Of a DNA stretch of 64,000 nucleotides, positions 36,366 through 48,524 are shown one piece after another. Made by a program: the position numbers and the translations under genes. Each line of letters begins with the position of its first letter. Position 1 is the stretch's first letter. The DNA comes from Macrostomum hystrix. Its lineage: Eukaryota > Animalia > Platyhelminthes. Below the pieces are notes generated by a model that saw only the letters and a list, made by a program, of their open reading frames with translations, made no database searches and was not told the origin of the DNA. The stretch is from the NCBI GenBank assembly GCA_950097015.1, contig CATNEN010000030.1, positions 1,426,001-1,490,000 on the forward strand, read 5' to 3'.

Positions 36366-38343
36366 TCATTCTAAAGCGCGCTGCTTAGCCAGATTAATCA
36401 GGAGAGTCATAAATTCCTCAGGCACTTTGGCAACCTTTCGTTTGTAAATCTGGCCGCTAAGCGGACATTGCATCTCCGACCAACTGATTGGCGTCAGCTG
36501 GCTACCGTTGACACCCGTTGCGAAGACAACGCCAAGCTCGTTCTGAGCCGTGCTCAACAGATAAGTGCCATTCTGGCCCAGGGTCAGCACCCTGGCCTGA
36601 ACGAAATCGCCAGCCCGGAAGCAGTCGGCTAGATTAACTCGATCCTTCTCAGTGGCGCGCACGTCCTCGCGACGAATTTGGCCTTTGAAGCCAGGGTGCA
36701 GCTGGACACGGTTGCACATCAGCAGGGTGCACTGAGCTACGCGACTGGTCACACGGACTACCTGCAGTCATTGTTAGGCATTATTCTAGTGTCATTTGGG
36801 TCACTTTGGGTCAGCCACAACAAAAGGTACTTTCTCTGTAGGTCATTTTGGTCACTTTGTGTCAGCTGCAACCACAATTACTTTCTCTGTTGGTAATCTG
36901 GGTCACTTTGGGTCAGCTGAAACTGAAACTACAAGTAAAAACTAGCACATTGGTTTTTAACAAATAAGTTAGTTATAGTTAAGAATTCAGAAAAAATTCG
37001 ACCAAACCTGAGCGATGACGATGGCATTGATAATTGAGGAAGGAAAGCTGAGGTTTGGCGAAATCACTTTCACAGTGGTCTGTAAATTTAATAATTGCAT
37101 CTGTAGATAGGCAAGCTAAACAATCAATAAAAAAGATTAATTGAATCTAACCTTCGGTTTGGACTGCTGCTTCTTGTCGGAATCTTTAGAGGTGGCTTCT
37201 TCGTTGCAGTCGAGTTCAACACGGCCAAGCATGCTGGCGTGAATCCAATTGTGATACTCGTGCGTGCCCCAGCCAGCAATGAGTGTTTCATCAGCGCGGC
37301 AGATTCGGTCACCTGAATGATTTCAATAGAAATAAAAGGCGTCAAGTTATAAAATTCGACAAAGACTACTTTTTAAGTTGCGAACTGAACTGTTGCGGAA
37401 CTTAGGAATTCTGGGGACTCGACAGCTTCTAATTCTATCCAAAAATGCACATACAAACCAGACATCTCTTGCCAAGGGAAAGTAATGTGTAGGCGCGGCA
37501 AATCATATGGAATTGCATTGTTAATTGCCTGCCATGACAAATAATTCTCATAATTCCAGTCGCAATACTTACTTCTGCCACCCTTTTCAAAATGCACAGC
37601 TTTTGCTGAGTATGATGTGGGCTGTAGTTCGAATGCATTCCCTATAATGCAAGGCCTTTTAATACCCCGGCCTCATCAATAAACTTTCCAAAACGTCAAA
37701 ACCAAAAATGCAATCACATTTCTCAAAGCCACACGTCTTAAAGTTTTGAAGCCATTCTTTTTACGTTGATGGGGTATCAAAAACAATGAGGCAAACGACA
37801 CCAGCAGTGCCAGTGCAGGTCGTGACGGGTGATATCATTATTATCGGACATTGATCCACGGGATCAGAGAGAAATCTCAGAGCCCGTGGTCAGAAGCAGG
37901 AGTGAGATGGCAAGAGTCAAGGTGCTGCCGACCATAATTGCCGGGCAAATCTCCATGGGAAATCCATTCGCGTGAAAATCGCTCTGCGGGCAAATCTCCA
38001 CGGGAAATCCATGCGCGGGAAAATCGCTGTGCGGGCAAATCTCCACAGGAAATACGTGCGCGTGAAAATCGCTCTGCGGGCAAATCTCCACAGGAAATAC
38101 GTGCGCGGGAAAATCGCTGTGCGGAAAAGCTCCTGCTGGCAAATCTCGGCGGGCAATTCTCATCGACCCGATTACTTTTTAATGCGAGATTTTTCAACTG
38201 ATATTTCTGCTTACTAAAAAGCTAAAATAAAAGCAAGGTGGTGAGAAGCTTGAGAACAGCAAAATGATAGCCATGAGATTGATAGCCTCTTACAACTTAC
38301 CAGGGGCAACTGCAGTGCCGGATAATTCTTTATTGCAATTCAT
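36366..38343 (-). CDS. EXOSC1: Exosome complex component CSL4; exons 38301-38343, 37152-37312, 37008-37079, 36366-36761 (223 aa)
   Basis: APGDRIC...GWGT...HASMLG, FKGQIRREDVRATEKD, FRAGDFVQARV, YLLSTAQNELGVV and ISWSEMQCP motifs; splice phases are consistent. Confidence 0.92.
37940..38140. repeat. About 45-bp minisatellite (GCGGGCAAATCTCCACAGGAAATACGTGCGCGTGAAAATCGCTCT) in EXOSC1 intron 1
   Basis: Seen directly, about 4 copies. Confidence 0.85.
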
Positions 38344-39015
38344 TTGATAACTGAAATGTGAATTCATCTCACTTATATAAACTAGGTTTGGTGAGCCTAG
38401 AACTAAATTATACATAAACTAAACTCACCCCCTCAATACAATATCCGTTTGTTTATTGAAATTGACATAACGATTAGCATTTGGGGTCGAACATAAAATA
38501 TTTAATTTACTTAAACTAATAGTTCCAAAAAGTACAACAAAAATAGCATAGGTAAAAAGAGTATAAATTACCAAATAAGATATTCTAGGTTCGTGCTTGG
38601 CAGGCCACTCTTCTGTCCATAGCAATAAACCTCCAATCAATGTCTGTTGCAGCAGAGTTTCACAAGTTCAGCTGACCCTAGAATATCTTATTAGGTCGAA
38701 ACACTATGGCAGCTGTCATTTATATACAAATACAAAAAATACTGTAGGCCCAAGCCTAAGGTCAAACATGAAGGTCAAGCAAATTTTCAAATACCTAATA
38801 GACTAAAGTGATCAAATTAATAAACTGTCTAAGCAGCCAATTCCAGATATCATATAATAAATGCCAGCTAATATGTCTATCATTGCACTTATTGGCTATT
38901 TTTCTACTATTTGCTTCTGATATAGGCCCTACATGACCCATTGGTCAGATCATGCCTCAACTAAAATAGAGATTAGCTAGCAAGACATAAAACATATAAA
39001 TATATGAACCTATAC

Positions 39016-39354
39016 TGGTAAAGTTGCTCGCTTGGCAAGTAATACAAAGATGAAAGCGAAAACCAACATTAAATTAGTTGCATGACGGTATTTCGCACTC
39101 CTAGGTGCATCTTCAGGTTTATTTTTTAAACAAAATGAAACAGGTTTTGTCGAATAAATATGTGTAGTTGGTTGACAAGAAAAGTAGAAAAATTATTAAA
39201 CAAATTTAAACAAGCAAATTAAACAAACAATTATTAAACAAACAAATTTGCAAAACATGTTTCATTTCATTTAAAAAATAAACATCTGAAGATGCACCTA
39301 GGAGTGCGAAATGTATTGTACAACTAATTTAATGTTGGTTTTCACTTTCATCTT
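39016..39354. mobile_element. Non-autonomous inverted-repeat element with hammerhead-like cores (Penelope-like pLTR pair) and 15-bp TSD TATATGAACCTATAC
   Basis: Arms 39046-39149 and 39251-39355 are near-perfect reverse complements. Each carries CTGAAGA-T-GCAC/CTAGGA/GTGC-GAAA. Direct repeats lie at 39001-39015 and 39355-39369. Confidence 0.7.
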
Positions 39355-40826
39355 TATATGAACCTATACATACCTCTATATATAATTCAGAAAAAACAAG
39401 TACATGTAGTTTAGAAGCATTGAAGTCAATATTTTTTCTTTAAACTAGTAGGCTTAAGGTAAATTATGAAGCCTAGTGCAGACTTAATGTGCACTCCAAC
39501 ACTAAACTACAGTCTGGCAATCTACTAGTTAATTGAAAAAATTATATTTTTATTTTCCTTTAACATGTCAGCAAATTTGCTGAATGTAAATGGGTAGAGC
39601 ATCCACTTTCAGTGTTCATGAGGCTAACTAAAGGTCAGCAGCAGAGCTTTGGGACATTAACATTACCTCCCACAAGGAAAAATATAGGCTTATGCATGGT
39701 ACTTCTTAGACTGTGTTAAAGCCATCCATCTAAATATTTATCAACTCTTTCCAGGGACAGACAAGGAGTTCAAATCAAATCCTATCTTTAACAACTTTCT
39801 GTGTTAGCTGCACAACACTACAACTGACTACTGACTAGGCCTATACAAAGATACTTACCCAACACTTAGGCCTAGCCAACATTTTTTATGCCTGAAAAGT
39901 TAAACATGAATGTAAAAATAATTTCTAACACAGCGAACTAGGAGATTTTCCTAAAATCAAAATCAACCTGTCACACACACACTAACACACACGCGCGTGC
40001 AGCTTCAAGAGTTAAGAGTCAGAAGATAAAAAGCAATTAAACAGACAGGGACCGAAGGACGATTACTGAAAATCGAAAAGCAAGAAGGGACTGAAACGAT
40101 CGGCACCGAGGTGCGTAACGGGTTCAACTGTGCAACAACCTTAAAATATTTTAGCTAAGACGCTGGTCCTAGTGACTCACTATTTTTTGTCGATTATAAC
40201 GTTTTTACATAAACAAATAAGAGTATGAAATAAATACCATTGTATCATCATAAATAGCCGAACTTGAACTTAAAGTGAATACGACATTATGACTCATGAC
40301 TCATGATTCTTGAGTCTTACGACTTGCTATTTTGTGAACATGATAACATGTAAAACTGCTTTTAAGAAACAAAATTATTACAGAGCTCATTGTTAAAAGT
40401 TTTCACAAATCCTTTTTGCACTTACACAAAAATATAACAAGAGCAGGACAAAAATGCTTTGTATTTATTATATTAGTATTTTTAAATTAAATTAGTTCTC
40501 TAGCACAGTTTTACATTTTCGCATCCATTTTTTGTTTTACAAGTGTTTCGAAGTCTTAAAATTATAATATTTCAAAATAGTCAAAGCTGATTTTCTAGCA
40601 ATCGCATATGTCAGATATCAGAAATCATTATCTAATTTCATCAAGTTTTCGGAACATACTACTGCTAAATCGCTTTTTATTGCGACTAAAAGTTGCTTTA
40701 GTTAAATCAGTATTAAAGCTACAATTTTCAGTTCTTACTCGGAATTTATATTTAAAGATCACATTTTTATAACTTACACTGACCTAAGACTTCACTCAGT
40801 TTAATTCAGACAAGAACAAAAAATAA

Positions 40827-42700
40827 ATGGGAGTCGAACGTATTCTTCGAGGCGTGCTTAACTACAGACATAGCGTTCAAAAACTCTTCCTTTATGAACT
40901 GCGAGACATTAAATCACATCCAAATGTAAGTACGATACTTCTAATCTAACGTGCATTTAACAATGAAAGTAGCTGCTATTTATAGTATTCTCAGTAGCCA
41001 GCTAGCTCAGTCATTAAATTTTGATGACTTTTAATTAGAAGCAAATCCAATGCTAATCCAATTTTAATATGTTTTGGAAAACACATTTTAACACATTGTT
41101 TCAACAGAGTTTAGAAAACTTAATTAATGATTTTTTCATTTATTATGGAGCACAACAGCTAATCAAAAGCTATGTAGAGACTAACACAACTTTACAGTCA
41201 CTTTCTAATCAAGTATATTAAGCATATAATTAGATTTTGGGTAGAATTTAAAATGATTAAAAAATCAATAGACCAAGCAATAATATAGGCTAATTTTATG
41301 TCTAATTAGTTGATATTGTGCTTCTTGATAAGTAAACAAAAAGAAAATGAAGACCAATTGTCATTAAAATATTTAAAGATAATATATATATATATATATA
41401 TATATATAGCAATTAGAAGTAACATAATTTGAAGACATTTTTAGGCCAATGACACATTGGAAATTAAAATAATAAAATCTCACTAAGAGATGCAAACTTG
41501 GGAAGTGCTTACTATCAAAACTGTGATGTTACAAGTTTAAAATTTGGCTTACATGGGGTAATTGTGAGCCATGCAGTAGATGATGTTGCTATCTGATGCA
41601 ACTGAAGGCTGTATAGCTATCCATAGTCTGTCCCTAGACTAAGGGGCAGGGCGACACACACATGACTAAGTACCCTAGCTAGTCCTAGTAACAATTTAAC
41701 AACAGGGATGAATTAAAGCAGTCTAGAGTTAAGGGATTTGTTAATGGACATCAAGTTGCTCTAGTTTAGATTTGAATTGAACCCTGACATTGAGTCTTAG
41801 ACTTGACTATAAAGTCACTAGGCTACAACCCCTTTAGAAAACTTAATTGATAGAGAAGCACTTAAGAAGATAGAATAGCATATATATGTAATGCTGTTTA
41901 AGGGCTGCCAGTTAATTTCACAAACATGCCTTTCAGGCACAAAGTAAAGTAGAGAGTATTGGAACTGTTTTCATCTGGTAGAAAACTTGAAAACACCCTT
42001 TCATTGTAACAAATCACATGGCCTGACATACATGCTTGTACATACATTCACATACTCCTACCACACCCAGCCATCGGCCGTGTTCATATCCTGCATGGAT
42101 GCCCGCCTATTTCCAAATGATTTCACCCTGACAAAAGCTGGCGATATGTATGTGATGCGTAATGCTGGCAACATGGCGCCGCCAGATGAGCAGGGTCGCG
42201 GCGCCACTGCCGCTGGCGTTGAGCTAGGCTGCGTGCACAACGACATCAAGGATGTGATCATCTGCGGCCACTCCGACTGCAAAGCCATGGCGCTGCTTTG
42301 GAAACTGCGGGACACCATCGACACGCCTAGACTGGACGCTTTAACCGAATGGGTTAGAAAGTACGGCCTGAGATCATTAAAGCACTACCTGGCTGAGAAG
42401 GACTCACAGCCAATGAAGTTTCCATCGCCCATACCTGGACAGTCTATTGCGGCTCACATTGATCCAGACAAGCGCTATGAGCCTCATGATCAACTGTCTC
42501 AGGTGCACTGTCTGCAGCAGATGATCAATTTGAGCACCTATCCTTTTCTTAGCGAGCGACTGCAACAGCGTCGCGTACGACTCAATGCCATGTGGTTCGA
42601 TGTGGACTCAGCCGATGTTTATATGTACTCCAGGATAGCGGAACGCTTTCTGGTTATCTGCGAGGACAATATTGAGAAACTGCTGCCCGAGCCCCTGTAG
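40827..42700 (+). CDS. Beta-class carbonic anhydrase; exons 40827-40925 and 42071-42700 (242 aa)
   Basis: MGVERILRGVLNYR N-terminus, Zn ligands SCMDAR and CGHSDC, and RNAGN; typical invertebrate beta-CA. Confidence 0.92.
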
Positions 42701-42769
42701 GCTGGAATGAATGCATCCTCTTCTAGCGCGCTCTCACCGACTGTTATTCCATGTTGCTGTACTTAAGTC

Positions 42770-43020
42770 ATGTGACTGCTTCCGCTGCAGAGCGACTGCC
42801 ATAGATTTATTGGTTCCTTTGATTGACTGCTTCCGCTGCAGAGCGACTGCCATAGATTTATTGGTTCCTTTGATTGACTGCTTCCGCTGCAGAGCGACTG
42901 CCATAGATTTATTGGTTCCTTTGGTTGACTGCTTCCGCTGCAGTCTGACTGTCATAGATTTATTGGTTCCTTTTATTGACTGCTTCCGCTGCAGTCCGAC
43001 TGCCATAGATTTATTGGCTC
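42770..43020. repeat. 51-bp minisatellite downstream of the beta-CA stop, about 5 copies
   Basis: Seen directly. Confidence 0.9.
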
Positions 43021-43981
43021 CTTTGAAGGGGTGAGAATTGCTTGCTGAAAATGTAAACGTTAGATGAACAGGATGTATTCATAAATCATTATTTAGTTTA
43101 CTATGTCAACTATAGACTATTGCGCTCTTGCCCAGCTCACCCCTATAAGAAGTGGACTCAACTTTTCAGATTTGACTGAATTCGAGTTGCGAGCAATGTC
43201 TGTTGTTCTAGCTTTTCCTTAGCTTTAATTGTCTAGGCTCTTTAGTTCCAGGTATGTCTTCTTATTTTGCTTTTGCGTGTGTGTAAATACGGATTTGGTT
43301 GAAGAATGCGACTCATTTTCTATCGGTAATTTAAATATTGCATAGTTGTTGTTTTAGATTTCTCACTTTATATTCTTCCTCTTTACTTAGGTATTAGGTT
43401 TCCTGAGTCTTTTATTTTATTGGGCAAACTAGCGAGACCTTAAGTTAGCTGGCCGCATTTTCCCATAGTACACTGTGTTTCTTAATGTTTTCATTACTTA
43501 TTTTTAATACCTTCAGGTAAGGAATCTCGACCATAAAAAATCAAGGCAAAAAAGTTAAATTCTCCCTGTTTCCTTTTACTAATGCACTAAAGCACTAATG
43601 CTTGAAAAACTAAAACTAGGCCTACTAAATATACTACTGCTTTCTGTGAACACAGTAGACATATAAGCGAATGATCAGCGCTGTCTTTAATGTTGTTCTG
43701 TGTCAACTAGAATGATCCTTAAACAGACTCTAGATTTTCAATAAATGCGCAAAAAACTTTCATTATAAACCGTTCAGAATGCGTTTCGGTCTCTGTTACA
43801 TTTTTTGCTACCATTTTTTCTATTCGCTTTTTCTGGGTTTAGGAGACAAGACAGTATGGGCTCAGGTGTGTAAAATATAAATTAGAGACTATTCTAGATT
43901 CGGTGTGTGTGGTGTGTAAAGTGAATTGCAGACATCTGAAAGCTGATTTCTGACTATGCAAATATTTCATTTGTGTACCAG

Positions 43982-46013
43982 CGGCCAGTCCCAGTCAGCA
44001 TCAGCAGCGGCAGCGACTGCGCCACCGTGTCACTGCGCGCCTTCCTGGCCGGCCTGTCGGCTTGCCTGCCCGGCGCTCTGCTGGCCGCCCGCCTGTCGCC
44101 CTGGCCGTCTATTTCGGCCTGCGTCAATAGCGGCGTCGTTGGCTGCGACGCAGTCGACGACGCTCTGTGCTGGCTGCCGCCGGTCCTAGCCGGCTGCTGT
44201 CTGGGCACCCTGGCCTGTTTAGCACTGCTGCGCCTGATGCTACCCTGGGAAATTGGCCAGTGAGTCTTTGTCTGTCAGGTTCAGGCAGTTCGGGGCGCTA
44301 ACTATTGGGCTGGGATTTTTTTACAATGACAACCGCCATGTAGCCTAGTGCTTAGATCATCGGACTCACGATTTAACGGTTAGGGGTTCGATTCCTGACT
44401 AAAATGGAACAGTTTGTGTCCGTCAGCAAGACACTTAACTCTGCATTGCTTCAGTTCACCCAGCTGGTTAATGGGTGCCAGCATTAGCTGGGGTAATCTT
44501 GGGTTTGTGTGGCGTCCCCCCAGTCCATGGACTGAACAGCCGTACGCAGCCTTCAGATGCGCATATAAGCTATTATTATCGTATTTTTCTTGTTTGACGC
44601 TAATTTAGTCACAATCTTTCTACATATTTTATTGGGCATTCATTGGCCAAATGGTTAGAGAGACTTTTGCACCTAGAGATCGCAAGTTCGACGTCAGTTT
44701 AGAGCAAGACATTTCAGACATATTGAGTACTGAGTATGCTCGCTGTACTATTCCGCTGCAGCAGCGGCCGCTGTCCTGGCCGAGACCCGGCACATCTGGA
44801 GCACCTGCGACAGAGCGCCGCCTGCGCCTGCTTCCTCGGCTGCGTGTTCGGCACCGGCCTCGGCCTTGCCTCCATAGTTTTCTACAGGACCTGCCGCTGC
44901 TGGCCAGTCGGCCTGTACGCCTGCTACCTGAGCGGCTTTCATTGGTCGGAGTATTACGTAACAGCTGTGGCCAATCCGCCAGCTGCTCTGCGGCTTGGCA
45001 CCTACCTGTTGGATAACAGCACCGCTTATCGTGTGGCCGCTTTAATTAGCTGGCTGGAGTTCGGAGTCGAGTACTCTGTGGCGCCACATATGAAGGTGAG
45101 ATCCTCCATGAAATCAGCTTTTTCCAATCGAATCTCAATTGGATCTATTATTTGTATCCGATCTGTTCTTGCAATCTCCATGAGATCTATTGGAATCTCC
45201 ATGAGATCTATTCGAATCTCGATGAGATCTATTGGAATCTCCAAGAGATCTATTGGAATCTCCATGAGATCTTTTGGAATCTCCATGAGATCTTTTGGAA
45301 TCTCCATGAGATCTATTCGAATCTCGATGAGATCTATTGGAATCTCCAAGAGATCTATTGGAATCTCCATGAGATCTATTGGAATCTCCATGAGATCTTT
45401 TGGAATCTCCATGAGATCTATTGGAATCTCCATGAGATTTTTTTTATATCAATCTTCTTGTAAAGCTGCTCTGATAAATCTCTTTATTTATCGCTATTAG
45501 ATCTTAGTTAGTTGTCCCTCGACTTGCAACCGTCTCAGTGAGCTAAGCATTTCTATGAAACTTCGCAACCTTCAGGCCAGCCCGGCAGCGGTGGCTCTGG
45601 GCGCTGTCCTGTGCACAGCAGGCGAGGCCATTCGCAAACTGGCCATGCTGACAGCTGGTTCAAATTTCAATCATACAATCGAATGGCGCAAGCGCCCTGA
45701 GCATGCGCTAATTAGAAGCGGAGTCTACCGGCTGGCCAGGCACCCGGCCTACCTGGGCTGGTTTCTGTGGGCCTGCGGCACCCAGCTACTGCTGTGCAAT
45801 CCGCTCTCTCTGATTTGCTACGCTCTGGCTAGTTGGAATTTTTTCAATCGTCGAGTTAGAGAAGAGGAGCGACTGCTAGTGGCTTTCTTTGGCAAAGACT
45901 ATGTGGATTATAGACGGCTGGTCTGGTCAGGTGTACCATTTGTTAAAGGCTACGCCGACGCCGACAATGGATGGGAGGCTAAGGGCGATAGCCATTGCGA
46001 CTCGCTTATCTAA
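43982..46013 (+). CDS. ICMT: Isoprenylcysteine carboxyl methyltransferase; exons 43982-44259, 44762-45095, 45576-46013; start codon unresolved
   Basis: FHWSEYYVTAV, YLLDNSTAY, SWLEF, GEAIRKLAMLTAGSNFNH, GVYRLARHPAYLGWF and EEERLLVAFFG motifs. Exon 2 has a NAGNAG acceptor. Confidence 0.9.
44335..44565 (+). mobile_element. Full-length tRNA/CORE-type SINE, family A, in ICMT intron 1
   Basis: A box TAGCCTAGTG, B box GGTTCGATTCC, core GTGTCCGTCAGCAAGACACTTAACTCTGCATTGCTTCAGTTCACCCAGCTGGTTAATGGG. Near-identical copy at 52158. Confidence 0.8.
45165..45437. repeat. 21-bp minisatellite GAATCTCCATGAGATCTATTG in ICMT intron 2
   Basis: Seen directly. Confidence 0.95.
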
Positions 46014-46755
46014 ATTAGCCAGTTATTAAGGCGTCTTAATATCCATATCCTAAATATCCTTAAAAAACATTTTACTATGGTCCCTAATGTCTTTACCAGC
46101 TTTTTGCCATTTAATTCAAAATTCCAACCATTTTCTTCCGGTTCTAGCGCTTTCCTTCTCTGACACAGTTCCTTGCCAGCACTGTAAACGCTGTTCCAGT
46201 AAGTCTTCCTTTAAAAGATCTTTTTTGAGTCAACTTTTGGCTTTAGACTTGTTTTGTAGGAATCTCTTGCACTTACTGTTTTTAGATATCTGGCTGTGTA
46301 GACTTCCACTCTTATTGTTTTCATTGATTTGTGAATTCATTTTTTCTCACGGATAAATCCTTTTTACTGTTTTTAATTAATGAAACTGCTCAGTTGGTGT
46401 TTTACTAAGTGCAACATAGCTAACAAATAAACTAAATAAAAGTACACTTTTAGCCTGTTTACTTTCGCATTTTTCTCATATTTTTTCTTTGGAGTTTTGG
46501 CAATTGCTTTTAGAGAAAGAACTTATCTTTTTCATTTCTTTGCTTACTAAAAAAGTACAAGGCCAGTTAAAGCGGTCCACGTTGCAATTTTTAATCCAAT
46601 TGCGCAATCGTGCCTCAAAGCAGTTGTTCTGCTATCTTTTAATTCAATCAGTTAAAAACCGCTCTCAAAGCGAACATTGGAGAAACAGAAATAGCACTGC
46701 CAGTCCGCCAGATCTTGAGAACTGAATCTTCCAAACCGATACTATACGAGTCGGC

Positions 46756-48438
46756 TTAGTCCCAGTTGGTGTCAGGCGCGCTGGCCGCCCAGTCGGTGGG
46801 CCCGGAAGCCGCGGCGGCCACCTGGGCCCCCCAGGAGTCCGCACCGGCGCCCCAGTCCTCGCCTCCGGCACCGCCGAGAGTCGGCTGGCCGACAGCGCCG
46901 AAGCCAGTGGCGGCAGCGGCAGCCGGCGCGACAGTTTCGCCCCAGTCCTCGGCGGTTTGAACTCCGCCAAGTCCACCGGCTGCGGCAGCCGACACCGGCG
47001 CCTGCTCGACGGTTTCGTCCTTTTGTTCCTTCTCCTGCTCCTCTGGTGTGCGGAAGAAGAACAGGTCGGGCATGACGTCCCAATCGGTGTCGTATGGGAT
47101 GGTGCCCCGGATGCGCAGCACCTGCGGTACGGTTGCAGCAGTGGCGGAGAGCAGAGCTCAGCTTTGCTAACTACTTGCTAGTAGACAACTTAGTATCTTT
47201 CTGAAGCAGATCGTTTCAGTCTTGTCGCGAAAAAGGAAAAACAGGACGAGATAATTGGCTGATCTAGTATAGGATTGGATAAGTGACTGATAAACTGTCT
47301 AGGATGGGATAAGTGACTGATAAACTGTCTAGGATGAGATAAGTGACGGATAAACTGTCTAGGATTGGATAAGTGACGGATAAACTGTCTAGGATGGGAT
47401 AAGTGACTGATAAACTGTCTAGGATTGGATTAGTGACTGATAAACTGTCTAGGATGGGATAAGTGACTGATAAACTGTCTAGGATGGGATAAGTGACTGA
47501 TAAACTGTCTAGGATGGGATAAGTGACTGATAAACTGTCTAGGATGGGATAAGTGGCTGATAAACTGTCTAGGATGGGATAAGTGACTGATAAACTGTCT
47601 AGGATGGGATTTATTGACGGATAAACGGTCTAGGACGGGATAATTTACGGATAAACGGTCTAGGATGGGATAATTTACGGATAAACGGTCTAGGATGGGA
47701 TAATTTACGGATAAACTGTCTAGGATGGGATAAGTGAATGATAAACTGTCTAGAATGGGATATATTGACGGATTAACGGTCTAGGATGGGATAATTTACG
47801 GCTAAACTTTCTAGAATGGGATGTTATGCTGTAGGGAAGCAGCAATCAATTAATGATCCAATAATCTGTTAAGGAAGCTAGAATGCAGTGCAAACCTGTC
47901 GGGTCAGCAGCCACCAGGCCAAGCCCACGCTGTTCACGCTGTTGTTGTTGCACGGCACAGCGATGTCAACGTAGCGCAGGGAGGCGTCCGAGTTGCACAG
48001 GGCCACAACTGGCAGGTTGACGTAGTGCGACTCGGTGATGGCCTGGTGGTCCTGGCGCGGACAGCTGGCAATAAGCAGGCGGGGCTCGCGGAAGGCCGCC
48101 TGAATCTGGTTGGTGAATGTGCCGGGTGTGAATCGGCCTGCAATGGCGGTGGCGCCAGTGTACTTGGCAAACTTAAGTACGGCCCGCTGGGCGTGCTGGG
48201 TGCCGGCGATGGCGAACACATCAGCTGGATTCTCGATGGCGGCGATTGCCCGTGCGGCTAGTACAATCTTCTCCCAGGTCTTCTTACAATTAAAGATGTT
48301 GAAGCCAGCCTTGGTGCGGCCGAAAACATAGGGCTCCATCTGGTAGTCGGTGTTGCGCGCCCCGACATGCATCTGGGCTGCGATCATCAGCCGAGCGTCG
48401 GAGTCCTTCAGGGTTAGGCAGTCGATTCCGGAAGTCAT
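46756..48438 (-). CDS. RPSA: 40S ribosomal protein SA (uS2); exons 47896-48438 and 46756-47121 (302 aa)
   Basis: [53 protein letters not shown]|VLRIRGTI and [11 protein letters not shown] motifs. Confidence 0.97.
47265..47822. repeat. 30-bp minisatellite TAGGATGGGATAAGTGACTGATAAACTGTC in the RPSA intron
   Basis: Seen directly. Confidence 0.95.
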
Positions 48439-48524
48439 CGCGTCGCTGCTGATCTTCTTCTGTGGCGCTGTGGGTGGCAACGATTTCGCTTTTTGGTATT
48501 TGGGGATGGTGACTACAAATATGA

